This document shows, in pieces, positions 1 through 13,104 of a stretch of 47,325 nucleotides of DNA. The stretch's first letter is position 1, and each line of letters opens with the position of its first letter. The stretch is taken from the NCBI RefSeq assembly GCF_001194135.2, contig NC_069000.1, positions 12,733,786 to 12,781,110 of the forward strand, written 5' to 3'. This DNA is from Octopus bimaculoides (lineage: Eukaryota). Position numbers and translations under genes: made by a program. Below the pieces are notes generated by a model. The model did not search any database, was not told where the DNA came from, and was given only the letters and a program-made list of their open reading frames with translations.

Positions 1-130
1 TATATATATATATGCATGTGTGCGTGCGTGTGTGTATGTGTGTATATGTCTATGTGTGTATGTGTGGATGTGTCTATGTCTGTGTGTGTGTGTGTGTGCA
101 CACGTGTCATATAGAAAAATTAAATCGTAA

Positions 131-193
<63 letters not shown>
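1..193. repeat. (TA)/(TG) compound microsatellite followed by (GATA)n
   Basis: Read directly: degenerate TG/TA run 1-100 and perfect ATAG repeats 131-193. Confidence 0.95.
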
Positions 194-194
<1 letters not shown>

Positions 195-794
195 CGGAAT
201 ATTTAGATGAGTATAATCTATGGAAGCCCCGTTGGTTTGCTGCACTATTTACTTCAGAAGGACAGACACAAAGACACACTCGTATAAACGTTTTTTATCT
301 GTCTCTCTCTCCCCCCTCTTTCTCTTTTTCTCTCTCCCTTTTTCTCATTGCTCACACGTGACCATCGTCCATCTTTCTTTTCCTGCACGGACCTTCAAAA
401 CAGCGGAGGTTTTTTTTTTACTTTTCTCTCTCTATTCTATCATGTTTGTTGTTTTTGATGTTTTTGTTCCCACATTTGACTCTCCATATATCCTAAATTT
501 TATTTTAGAATTTATGGGAGCAAGTGTCTTTGAAGGCTCATATTGTTGTTGAATGCACGAAATGAGGAGTAGATAGACAGCCGACAACTGATGATGGGTT
601 CTTTCTCTGTGTTTACTTCTCCCGTTTCCCATTTTTTCTCGCTGTTTACGTATTTAACTCGTTAGTTTACGTATTTCATGTTGTTTGAACCGTTGGTGAC
701 GTCCTGTACCCATATATGTATGGACATATATATATATTATTTACTATTTACTATTTAATTGAACGCCAGCATCCATATTCAAGTAAGTATATAA

Positions 795-824
795 AGATAG
801 ATACACAGATAGATAGATAGATAA

Positions 825-875
<51 letters not shown>

Positions 876-921
876 TTTATATGTGTGTATTTATCTATAT
901 ATACATATAACTCTCCTTTCT

Positions 922-973
<52 letters not shown>
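795..973. repeat. (GATA)n and (CT)n microsatellites
   Basis: GATA run about 795-874 and CT run about 915-973. Confidence 0.95.
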
Positions 974-976
<3 letters not shown>

Positions 977-1303
977 ATATATGTAGGTGTAAACTGGAAT
1001 AGAAAAATCGATGCATCGATGATGTGTTGTATTATTTCGAAATGAAATTTTTACAACTACTTGATCCCCGTAGTCTTTGACAGGATCTGTAATGTAATCG
1101 ACTGACCCCTCTGAAGGTGGACATCTAGAAGGGCTACTTCAGTCGAATGACTAAATAATTAAAAAATATATATATAAAAATATAAACAGAACTGGTAATT
1201 ATTTCTTTAATTTTGCCTGCAGCGCTTGACAATTATTAACGCGAATACGTTTTGGAAATGTATGTTTCTGTGTATGTATGAGCATACATATATGCATATA
1301 ACC

Positions 1304-1349
<46 letters not shown>

Positions 1350-1743
1350 ACATACATATAAATATATATCATACACACACGCATATGTACGTCTGTGTAT
1401 GTAACAGTATATTCATGTGTATGTATATATAAACAAGTTTATATGTACTTATTTGTGTGTGTGTATATATATATATATNNNNNNNNNNNNNNNNNNNNNN
1501 NNNNNNNNNNNNNNNNNNNNNNNNNNNNNNNNNNNNNNNNNNNNNNNNNNNNNNNNNNNNNNNNGTATTGTCACTTATTTTCCAACATTTATTTAGACCT
1601 TAATATAACCTCGTTAAATATTCATACACACACACACACACACACCTGCATACTCGCTCGCTCAAACGCCTACACGCACGCACATATACACCCCAATCGC
1701 TAAACTAATGCCCGCACACGCGCTGACACGTACATATTCATAC

Positions 1744-1783
<40 letters not shown>

Positions 1784-2324
1784 ACACGTGCTGAGTGTGT
1801 TCAATCGAAATACAATACACGGCAACACTTGATTACAACACCCGTCTGCTCCAAGAAATATCATAGCTGGAGACTTTCAATACGCCGTTATAATCGGGGG
1901 GTGTACGTAATAAAGTTATCAAATGATCAATAATAAATAAGGTGATAGACGACTACAGTAATTACCTTGTATCACGCAACACACCACATGAAATTCCTAA
2001 CGAACATACATACATACACACTCATATATATAATAGCTACAATAATAATATATGTTTAGTATATATATATATATATATAAACACATTATAATAAAGCAAG
2101 AAAACAAACATCTCCTGAAGATTCTCCGATCAATATAGTAATTTCCTTATTTTTATTTTCTGACATATAACAAGACGGTAGTAGGAAACCAAGAAGGGAC
2201 TCAACATCTGGTTTTGTTCAGCCTGCTGGAAATAACAACTAATTTAGAAAACACTATTGTGTTTAAAAGAAACATTAAAGAAAGAAATATGTGGAATTAA
2301 TCATTCTGATTTTGGAACTAATTG

Positions 2325-2648
2325 GAGGACGGATAAAGTCGATTACAGCGATCCCAGGGCTCAACTGGGACTTACTTTATCGACCTGGAAAGGATGAATG
2401 AATCGTTATGGAAAAAATGACGATGTGGAATAATTCTTTCTACGACTGAAATTTCTACGAAAGGCAAGAAGAATGATGATGGAGAATTAGATGAACACCA
2501 TTGCGGTACTTATTTTCAACGACCCCGATATGGAAAAAAGGTAAAGACGACACCGGCAGAATTTGAACTCAGAATATAAAGACTGGGGAAATGCCGCTAA
2601 TAATTTTTTGTCCGGTGCGCTAACGATGCTGCCAACTCGCTGCCTTAG
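2325..2648 (-). mobile_element. Two degenerate fragments of SINE family B
   Basis: Matches to GTCGATTACA..CCCAG, GAATTTGAACTCAGAA and CTGCCA(A)CTCGC seen in intact family B copies at 35119 and 46483. Confidence 0.7.
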
Positions 2649-2960
2649 TGGTATCTGTGTGTATGGAATTTTAAACAGAAATCAACTTACTGAATGTTAT
2701 GTTTATTACTTAATTATGATACCAAAACAAATAGATTTCTAAATTTTACGTCAAAACTTTATTGAAATGTTTCAACAGACTCTCCGTCTTTATCCCTGAA
2801 AACTTCAAATCTATATTTGGCGTTGCGAAACGCATTTTGAAGCATTTCAAGAGTTATCTCCTGCGCTGCTAAGTGAATGCGTTCTTGAGAGCTCAGCTAA
2901 ACTATTGTTCCAATCTTGGAGATGGAAGTAGAATAAACGATTGCAGCTAAACTGAAAAAA

Positions 2961-3156
2961 ATGGCCCGAAATTTTGGGAGAGGTATCCTGTCGATTAGAT
3001 CGACTCCAGTACGCAACTGGTACGCAAGTTATCGACCCCAAAAGGATGAAAAGCAAAGTCGACCGCGGCGGAATTTGAAGGGAGAATGTGAAGACAGACG
3101 AAATACAGCTAAGCATTTAGCCCGGCGTGCTTACGTTTCTGCCAGCTCACCGCCTT
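2961..3156 (-). mobile_element. SINE family B, near full length
   Basis: Reverse complement aligns by eye over about 190 bp with the TSD-flanked copy at 46483-46694. Confidence 0.9.
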
Positions 3157-3213
3157 ATAATCTATGTTATATCATTTGAATTTGACGTCAGTGAGATTAC
3201 AGTTATATAGTAT

Positions 3214-3632
3214 AGGTACAGCAATAGCTGTGTCGTTAAGAGGGCTCGTTTCAGGTTCAGCTCCACTGCACGATATCATGGGCAAGTGTCATCTATTCCA
3301 GGGTTCGTGTAGGTGGATTTGTTAGACAGAAATTGTACGGAACCCCATCGTGAAAAAGTGTGTGTGTGTGTGTGTGTGTGCGCGTGTGTGCGTGCGCGCG
3401 TGTGTGTGTGTCTGTATGTGTGTGTCTGTAGTTGTCTCTTACCGTCCATTGCCTACCGGTGCTGATTTGTTTACGTAACATCGCGGTTTGGTGAAAGGAA
3501 CCAATAGAATAAGCTCCACACTTAAAAAATTAAGTGGTGGAGGCGATTTGTTCGGCAAACACCTTCAAGGAGTCAAGGCCCCAGTATGGCCGTAATCTCA
3601 AAACTGAAACAAGTAAAGAGATAACAGATAGT
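3214..3632 (+). mobile_element. tRNA-derived SINE family A with internal (TG)n
   Basis: Head GCTGTGTCGTTAAGAG..GGTTCAGCTCCACTGC..GGGCAAGTGTC, internal TG tract, and tail CCCCAGTATGGCCG..CTGAAACAAGTAAA, same layout as 16584-16972. Confidence 0.85.
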
Positions 3633-4332
3633 ACATCTCGAACGATATGCCTGTATTTTAAAACTGTTCGTTTAAAAGAGGGTATTGATGGACAGCAAAT
3701 TTCGTCTCAGTGAAAAGCTAGCATTTGGTGCAGTACCAAACCTTTTGCTTCAATAAAAGATAGCCTGGGCAATGCATGAACGACTCACTAAGATCAGTGG
3801 GTGACTTCATGTACAACAGGTTTGTTTCTTTTGCGATTGTATGTCTCCCTTCATATGTTTGCATGCAGTAGAGGGGTAGGGATATAACCAGCAAATTTAA
3901 TGAATTATGTTCCTTCAGAGAGTATATATAAAAAAAAAACACGTGAAACATTTACTAGGGTACTTACATAATTACAGACATTTAAGACTGGAGGTTATAC
4001 CAAAAATATATACTTCAAACTTATCGGACAGTTGAATACTTTATCAGTAAAACCTCAAGATTAAAAGAGATTTATTTATTTGTTAAATTTTGAGAAGAAA
4101 ACAGATTATACATCGTATAAATTTTAAAGAGGAAAAGAAACGAAAATAACCTTTGTAGCTGAATATTTCTTCGACTGAATTTTCACAATTTTTTTTTTTT
4201 TTCTTTGAAATATATTTGATTGATGTTACAGTTCCACATCTCATTCTACAATTCTATTTATTAACGATGAAAGAGAATGAGTTATGCAGAATAACAAATA
4301 CTGAACAATAGAGATACGAATCAAAGCAATCA

Positions 4333-4775
4333 TTTCACAATAGGCTTGCTTGCCATTTAATAATTAAATTTTCGTTTGAATCAACTCACAAAGTTGACAG
4401 GTTTTTAAGGTAAATTTCAAGCAAGTTGCCTGTGTATGTTTTTTTAACAAATTGTGAAAAAGCAGAATTATATACAGACCTAACTAGTTAACTGCTTACG
4501 ACGATCTAGAGTAGTAAAAAAAACCTATACGTTGTTAGAACGAGCTATCTGTTTCACAATAGGCTTGCTTGCCATTTAATAAATAAACTTCGTTTAGAAA
4601 AACTCACATAGTTTACAGGTTTTTAAGTTAAATTTAAAACAAGTTGTCTAGATATATATTTTTGTTTTTCAAACTGTGAAACAGCGGAACTATACACAGC
4701 CCCAAATAGTTGACTGCTCATGACAATCTGCATTAGAAAAATACTTATATGTTGTTAGAAGGGCTTGAGCTATAT
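4333..4775 (+). repeat. Diverged direct tandem duplication, unit about 219 bp, two copies
   Basis: TTTCACAATAGGCTTGCTTGCCATTTAATAA at 4333 and 4552; GTTGTTAGAA at 4531 and 4751; similarity continues through the unit. Confidence 0.92.
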
Positions 4776-5217
4776 ATAGAGAGGGTGAAGGCTGAAAGAA
4801 TAAATTTCATTTTCGAGTTTATCCCCGGAGATTTCAACAGGAAGATTATTACCCTGAGACTGCTAAGTAGAAATTTAGTCAGATATTTAGTAGTGAGAAA
4901 ATAATATTTGTATAATATATCATTAAATAAACCTCTAGAGATCGTTTTGATTTTATGCTTCCTCGGAAATGTTTCCTTCACATAAACTAACGCTAACAGG
5001 TTTTCACTTATTTATTTAGTAAGCTTTATTTATTTATTTATTTATTCATTTATTTCGTTGAACATCTTTCATGTGATAGACATCTTAAAGGACCAGCAGG
5101 TCTATATCATGATCTGTTTTCGCCAATTCATGAAAATTTGTAAATATACAAGCTTTAGCTCTACAGCCATAGAATTCATAAACATAACTCAAGGGTGGCT
5201 GTGGTAAGAAGTGAGCG

Positions 5218-5381
5218 GTTAGGTTGATTACATTGAACCCAGTGATCAGCTGGTACTTATTTCACCGACTGCGAAAGGAAAAGGCGACTTCGGAGAAATT
5301 TGAACTCAGAACTTAAAGACGGACGAAATGCCGATAAGTATTTTGCCCGGCGTGCTGTCGATCCTACCAGCTCGCCACCTT
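5218..5381 (-). mobile_element. SINE family B (head and body)
   Basis: AAATTTGAACTCAGAAC..GACGGACGAAATGCCG..GCCCGGCGTGCT..CCAGCTCGCCACCTT. Confidence 0.85.
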
Positions 5382-5410
5382 AAATCAACTGTTATTATAT
5401 TAATTATATA

Positions 5411-5547
5411 TTCAAATTCCGCTGAGGTCCACTTTACCTTTCATTCTTTTGGAGTCGATAAAATAAGTACCAGTTGAGAACTGGGGCCGATGTAATCGAC
5501 CAGGCCCCTCCCCGCAAACTTTTAGGCCTTGTGCCTACAACAGAAAG
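5411..5547 (+). mobile_element. SINE family B, 5'-truncated, inverted relative to the neighbouring copy
   Basis: TTCAAATTCCGCTGAGGTC..AAGTACCAGTTG..GATGTAATCGAC..GGCCTTGTGCCTA tail. Confidence 0.88.
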
Positions 5548-5549
5548 TA

Positions 5550-5745
5550 TTGGGTTGTCCGGAAAGTTCGTGCCAATTTATAGTAGCTTACCTATCCACC
5601 TTTATTGCCATGAAACCACCTCAATTCTGGGAAGAGGATATTTTCAAGTTAAAGGAAATATGGAGACGCATAGTGCAACAAAATGGTTCATATTTGGCTG
5701 ATTAAAAATATAATGGCAAGTATTTATGGACCTTTTTCTTTCCTT
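5550..5745 (+). mobile_element. Internally deleted mariner relic: one TIR plus transposase C-terminus
   Basis: TA followed by TTGGGTTGTCCGGAAAGTTCGTGCCAATTT (mariner-type TIR); 5613-5705 translates to KPPQFWEEDIFKLKEIWRRIVQQNGSYLAD*, the typical mariner C-terminus (GIxKLxxRWxxxVxxNGxY). Confidence 0.8.
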
Positions 5746-7124
5746 TAAAAATGAAGCTTAATCGATTGAATTATCCCCAGTGTGTAACTAGCGTATTATT
5801 TTTAAAATTCCCATAGTTAAGATCGACCGGGATCGGCTGGATGTGAGCACGGAACCTGAAGTGGCATAAATCTATAACTCATGCTTATGGCGCTCTGCTG
5901 TTTCAGTCAATACACTGCACTTCTCCAAAGGGATAACTGTTTGCTTTCCTGATGTAATAATAAAGTTCATTAGTTGTAAATATGATACTGTAGATAACAA
6001 GCAAATGGAAACATCAAAAACAACAAACTGCTTACTATTATTATTCAGAGTTCAATTGATATAGTAGAACAAGCGTAAAATTTTCTAAATTATCGGACAT
6101 GATTCAGAATAACTTTAGGTGACCTTAAATATCCCATCCCTTCTAATTTTCATGTCTCATTTGATTGATAACCATTGTATCACAAGAGCGATAACCATTA
6201 ATTATATATGATCTATAGAAAATTAGCATTATTCATTCAAAATAACGGTTATCATCTTCGTAAATATCAATAAAAACTATATATGTAATGTTTTTTAAGG
6301 AAATATTTATATGACCTCTCTCTTCATTATATCTGACAGTCACATAATCAATTAGCTGCTACAATGGTGATTGAGAATACAAACCTGATGCAACTGCATT
6401 TGTTAATAGTCTGAAATAAAATATACATAATAGTACAAGTGCAGAATATTTACAGGGAGAATCCAGTACAACTGGGAATTATATAATACATCATTGAAGC
6501 AGATTATGAAACAGATAGAAAACAAAAATAGAAATTATATTCATTGAATAAGAAAATGACATCCTCGGTGTCAGTATGATCATTGCATAATATTTCAAGC
6601 AAATTATCATTTCCATCAGTTTTAATATTACAGAAAAAAAAGACAACATATCGTTGTCGAGTATTGTCGTGTGTTTATAGTAGTAATTCCCTGTGATACG
6701 CAAAGTTTATTGATTTTTCAGAAAATATTTGTAAGCCTGAAAATGAATGGATCTACCTAGGTCATGATTCCATGAGCAATTTTGAGGTTAATCGTAGCAC
6801 AATATATTGTAATTTGAGTGAAACCCTGTCATGATTTGGAAATAAGGTATTCTAGACATTAGATTTATATATAGTATCTGCAAATTAGTAAGATAGTATT
6901 CACAAATTTTCCCGAAAAAATTTATGTAAAGACTGCCGTATGTCTTAGCATAGAGAATGACACTTTTTCTCAAAATAAGTTACGGAAACATATTACGCAC
7001 CCAAGAGGACCATAGTTCCATCTTTTGGACGCTTGGGTAGTTATGGCAAAATTGCTTAGCGTGTCCCAATTCTGTAACAGTAAATCTAAAAAGTAAAAAT
7101 TATAAGTGATCTAGAGGATGTATA

Positions 7125-7809
7125 CAGGATGAGGTGAATGAATTGTCGTCTAAATTACGCCAAAATGAAAATAAAACTGATATCTCATTTTAACAGATAT
7201 ATTTACCGAAATTACATGAAAAATAGCTTGAAATACTAAAGAGTAAATTTATTCAATAAAATAGCCATTGGCTTCAACAACGGCCTCAAGACGACTTCGG
7301 AATCTCCTGCAACTCTTCTGGACGGTCTCCTTGTTTAAGTTGGTGAATGCTGCCATAATCCTTGCCTTCAGTTCATCTTTGGTGTTACAAGGAGTGTTGC
7401 TGGTCCCTCGCTCAACTGCACGCCACACATAATAATCAAGGGGATTGCAGTGTGTGGAGTTAGGTGACCAGATTTTAGGGTTGATGTTGTCGCAGAAATT
7501 GTCTGACAACCATGAGTGGGTTCTGCTGCTTGTGTAGCATTGTGCAGAATCCTGTTGCCTGACATAGGGTCTTCCAGCAGCCACCCTCTTAACCCAGACA
7601 GCACTAACTCTTATAGGCACATGATGTAGACCTCTGTGTTAAGTCTGAGGCTGTGTGAGGAGATGCATGGAGGCATATCGTCACCATCACTAGTGATCAC
7701 TCCAAACACCATGATGTCGACTGGATGTTTGATTTTTATCTCTCTCGGTACTTGATTTGGGGACACGGCAAGCCAGCGGTTGTTCTGTGTGTTCACCATC
7801 TGATCCTGG
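7125..7809 (-). mobile_element. Tc1/mariner DD37D (maT-type) transposon relic: catalytic half plus 3' TIR
   Basis: ORF 7249-7620 has QQD then 37 residues then NPLDYYVW; upstream frame QDQMVNTQNNRWLA..HPVDIMVFGVITSDGD is frameshifted; end reads TA|CAGGATGAGG at 7123-7134; truncated before the first catalytic D. Confidence 0.93.
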
Positions 7810-7902
7810 TTGTCAAGCGCAGGGAAGAGCAAACAACCACACATACGTATAGATTATAGATACATACTCACACATACAAACACACGCAAACGAACACACA
7901 CA

Positions 7903-7980
7903 CAGCAGAATTTGAACTCAGAACGTAACGGCAGACGAAATACCGCTAAGCATTTTGCCCGGCGTCCTAACGATTCTGGC
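7903..7980 (-). mobile_element. SINE family B head fragment
   Basis: GAATTTGAACTCAGAACGTAACGGCAGACGAAATACCGCTAAGCATTTTGCCCGGCG. Confidence 0.85.
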
Positions 7981-8733
7981 ATGCTTAACCAAAGTGCTGC
8001 GCAATGGTACTGAATCCGAAACTTCGTGATTATAAAGAGCGAACTTCTTAACCAAACATTGGCAAAGAAGGGAGAAAACTCAATGCATATTTATGATTAT
8101 TGTCTTCCTCAGCGAATTATTGTAATTATAGCAAAATCACATTAAATGATTTAGTTATGGACTGTAATGAATTCTTCAGTTACAATTATCTCCAACTTAA
8201 TTATATATTAGCTGTATTATTACAAACTTAAATCCAGCAGTCATTGTATACCATTAATTAACACACAGATCGATTGTTATATATTATTTCCAGTATTCTT
8301 AGGGCTACGAACCCTTTCATTTCTGATTTCGCAATAAATTATACATACACTACGTTCATCCTTTACCATCGCAAGAACATTAGTAAATAATAAAACAATA
8401 AAAGAAACATACAGTAAAGGGTAGAGAGCTTATTGCAGAAAGGTGTAGATTGTGTGTGTGGGGGGGGGGGAGACTGAATGAAAGGAAAAGAACGGGAAGA
8501 AAGAACAGGAGGGAAGGAGCAGAAGCAAATAGATCGAAATCACAACACCCACAACTGTCACTTAAGGTTTAGTGCCACAAATATGTCAACACATTGTTGC
8601 AGTCTGTAACTTGAGAACGGTGTACTGACAGAATATCAACTCATTTCGACATCGACTTGACATTTATTGTCTAGACGATGTCTGAATGAATGGATATTGA
8701 GACAGAGACACACACTCACAAACAGACACACAC

Positions 8734-8788
<55 letters not shown>

Positions 8789-11105
8789 TACAGACACATC
8801 CATGTACTCTCTCACGCACAGATATAAAAGCACACACACGTACACATACAATTAGTCCGTCTATTTAATCAGGACACCTTATTATATATTATTTAAAATG
8901 CTATAACACACATATCTGTATACATATACATGAATGCATACAAACATCCACACCCACACACTCACAGACGTAATCGCACATAGATACACGCACACGCACA
9001 CATACAGCATACACGTGTTTCATGTTTTTATTTGTTTTGCAAGATATCTTTGTTTACGAGAAAACGTGGATTGAAACAGATTCTGGTGTATTTTCAAGGG
9101 TTATTCTGTCAATGAAACGCTTACATCGATTATATCACGGAATCGTGCGTGGTGTGTGTTTGTATGTGTGTGTTTGTGTGAGTGTATGCTTGCATGTGCT
9201 TATGTGTGTGTGATGATTCTATTAGTTGTATGTGCGTGAGAGTGTGTTTATGGTGATGTTGGCTAATTTCATTTTTGGCGATTTCTACTCGAACGGTTCA
9301 CAGTTATGTCTGACCAACATATTGATGACAGTCCACACGAATTCATAAATAATTAATAGAGTAGCTAACAAAACAAGAAAATAAAATAAAACAGTAATGA
9401 ACTGTAATCAGCGTGTGTAATTGTTAATGACAGTTACTGTTCCAAAATTAAAGTCTGATTCGAACTTGCAAGCTCATTTACGCAGAAGATCATTTCGGTT
9501 TCCATAATTATTTTTCAAATGAGTGAGAGTAAAATATTCCTCTGAAAGAAATGACAACCCATCCCTGAATAAACCTGGGTAAAGTTTAACCAGAAGCAGC
9601 TGAGGTGCAAGGTGGACCTAATACCTAAGCTATCGCTGGTACATATTTTTGGCTGATGGGACGGAAAGAAACAGAAAAGAAGTGCCTTGTTCAAGGATGC
9701 AGTGAGACACTTGAAGCAAGAACTTGGACAATGACCTAACGATAGTGACCAAGGCCAAAGAAGCCTGCATGCACACACCAATAAATACATATACAAACAC
9801 GCATACATTGAGGCTATCATGTGTGTGTTGGGGCCGTCTAAGAGTGTAAGTGTGCGTCTAGTATATTCTTGATATTCCTTCGTTCCGCTCACTGTCAGAT
9901 ACTCACTAGAACACATGCAAACTGGCATGTTTTTAATATAACAACCATATTTTAACTTCCTTCCCTAAGTATTGAGTTCCATAATGCATAATATTTCTAG
10001 AGAGTATGATATATATATATATTAGAAATCATACTTTACAGTACATCAGCACGTTCACAAATACACTCATATACACACCCATACACACGTGAAAACACCT
10101 ATAGCTCATTAGCAAAAATTATATATATATATATATGTGTGTGAACGGATATATTTTCATTGTACAGGAAATACATATAACGACGCAAACAAGCAAGGAC
10201 AGGGCTATATATATTTATATATATACATATATATATATATGTATATATATGGGATCTGAAGACGAACTGCATACCACGTTCAATCATGTGGAGAATCATG
10301 GGAGAAATCTACGGCATTTATAAATAAGTCAAAGAGATGCAAGTTATGTGTCGCTAAAGATCGCACGTTCGTTTTAGGTCCAAGAACTCTACCAGACGAC
10401 ATAATTCCAGATCTGAAATTATTAACAAATGCAAACACTTGGGCAGATTTCTTTTGTCGAACTAGAGGACGACACCCGCTCCGGATTGAGTAATTGTATA
10501 CTGTTCCGTACTAGCTAATTATCGTTTCGGAAAACCAAGATGACGAAGATCTTGGTTTTCCTGGTTTTCTTTTTTTTTTTTTTTGTCTCGTTTCTATTTT
10601 GCATCAAACTTCTTCATGTTTTTTTCTAAATGCTTTCTCAAAGACCAACGTCCTGTGTTTTAAATACATCTAACGTTGTGAACTGAGCCTGAAAGACTGC
10701 TTGGAGATAAATGGCATGTTACATACATCTAACAATTTAATGTATCTTACAGCATGAACCTTTTAGTAGCTTTTTGTAATTGCGCGTGAGCTTGTGTGTG
10801 TGTGTGTGTCTGTGTGTGTGTGTGTGTGTGTATGTGCGTGAGTGTCCGTGTGTGCGTTTATACATTCATATATGTATGTATGAATGTATGCATATTTGTT
10901 TGTGTGTGTAATGATAGATAGATATATAGAGAGATAGCTAGCTTAATAGATAGATAGATATATAGTTGAGAAGAGGCCTATGAGCGCATACATGCGTCAA
11001 ATTATTTTTGTGTATATCATGTATATACTTATACGAATGTACATTCGTGTGTGTGTGTATGTGTGTGTGCTTGCTGTTGTATGTCTGTGTATGTGTGGTG
11101 TGTGT

Positions 11106-11151
<46 letters not shown>

Positions 11152-11608
11152 TCGTTTGATTCTGTTAGTGCTGAATGTAATCTGTGTTGATGTGTTTATT
11201 ATATACCTCTTTATATATATATATATATATATATACCCCTATGTGTGTGAGTATGTAAGTGCATACGTGTGCGCATGTATATATACACATCTGCCTCTGC
11301 GTGTGTAAGTTTCGGAACTTGTCTATGTGTGAAACACTATTTCCTTAGCAAGTTTTTCACACAGGTAATTAAAGGGGAAGGTGTCAAGTAGAATGAATTT
11401 CCCTTCGAATATTTAATTGACTGCCTCACTACGTCGTCTCTTATCTTACCATCTTCACGATGACTGATTTAATCGCGCAGATCCTATACGTTGCCACCAT
11501 TTGGTTTAGCTTTCCGGTTATCTCACACTTGAGCCTAGAATTTTAATTACACGAAACGTAACTGCGGTTGAGGCGAAGGAGGCTAAGTGAACGGCGATAG
11601 TGGTGGTG

Positions 11609-11640
<32 letters not shown>

Positions 11641-11857
11641 GAAATGGAGAAAAGAGGTCAATGATTGGTTGTTGACGCAAACACGCTAGTAATGTTTGTC
11701 AAATTGAAAGTTTACTTGTGCATACCCACCAACAAGAAAATCACCACACACACTCGGGTGTACACATGCGCAAGAAAACACACGCATACTCACGCAAACA
11801 CATATAGGGAAACACGAAATATACGCGTGCGCACGTGTGTATGCATGTATATATATG

Positions 11858-11890
<33 letters not shown>

Positions 11891-11912
11891 ACACACGCAC
11901 ACACACACACAA

Positions 11913-11954
<42 letters not shown>

Positions 11955-12240
11955 NNNNNNNNNNNNNNNNNNNNNNNNNNNNNNNNNNNNNNNNNNNNNN
12001 NNNNNNNNNNNNNNNNNNNNNNNNNNNNNNNNNNNNNNNNNNNNNNNNNNNNNNNNNNNNNNNNNNNNNNNNNNNNNNNNNNNNNNNNNNNNNNNNNNNN
12101 NNNNNNNNNNNNNNNNNNNNNNNNNNNNNNNNNNNNNNNNNNNNNNNNNNNNNNNNNNNNNNNNNNNNNNNNNNNNNNNNNNNNNNNNNNNNNNNNNNNN
12201 NNNNNNNNNNNNNNNNNNNNNNNNNNNNNNNNNNNNNNNN

Positions 12241-12292
<52 letters not shown>

Positions 12293-12513
12293 CATGTATA
12301 TATATATACACATATAGGTTATGAGAAGTAATGGTGTCAAAAAGACCCACAGGTGTCAGGTAATGCTGAGTAAGTGCTATGGACAGACCATAGTTAAGCT
12401 GCAGGTTCGGTGATCATGCGAATGAGGAGTCCAACGTAGGTCATATATCAGCATGTGTATATATAAAAACAAATTAACAGAATGAGATAAAAATCCAAGG
12501 CTGTGAAAGATTT

Positions 12514-12945
12514 CATTGATGTAACAGTCCCAATCGACATAAATGTATCTGTCAAGACCTTCCGGAAACTGAGCAAGTATAAAGATCTTGAAATAGGAAT
12601 TGGCAAAATGTGGAAACTCAAGACTAAAACAATACCTGTTGTCATAGTTGCCCTTGGAATGATAGAAAAAGGGGCTGACTCCTACCTGGCTCAGATATCA
12701 GGAAACCCCAAAATGGCAGAAATTCAAAAGTTACTGCTCATGGGAACTGCCCATATCCTATCTAAAATTCTGTCTATGTAAATTCAAATTTTAAAACAAA
12801 CTTATAATTTTCTTATATCTTCTTAAACATTCTTTGGAACAATACTATGTGCAAAACCAAATATAGAACTTCTAACTTGCTGTCTCTTGAGGTCAATGGG
12901 TGAGACTTAGAGCCAACTTGTACAAATACAAATCAAAAGTCAAGC

Positions 12946-12947
<2 letters not shown>
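12514..12947 (+). mobile_element. 3' end of an RLE-type non-LTR retrotransposon (R4/Dong-like), 5'-truncated
   Basis: Translates to IDVTVPIDINVSVKTFRKLSKYKDLEIGIGKMWKLKTKTIPVVIVALG..GTAHILSKIL*, the C-terminal part of the PD-(D/E)xK restriction-like endonuclease; about 165-bp 3' UTR runs into (TAA)n. Confidence 0.9.
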
Positions 12948-13011
<64 letters not shown>

Positions 13012-13048
13012 TAATGATAATGATAATAATAATAATAANNNNNNNNNN

Positions 13049-13104
<56 letters not shown>

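Noticed and set aside
554-595. TGC-ACG-AAA-TGA as a selenoprotein CxxU motif, with AUGA..UGAU resembling a SECIS core
   Set aside because: No resemblance to SelH/W/T/M beyond the motif, the putative SECIS stem does not pair and lacks the apical AA, and there is no matching donor for a coding exon.
9515-9928. 137-aa minus-strand ORF
   Set aside because: It overlaps a degenerate family D-like SINE (AAGTGCCTTGTTCAAGGA) and has no protein-like features.
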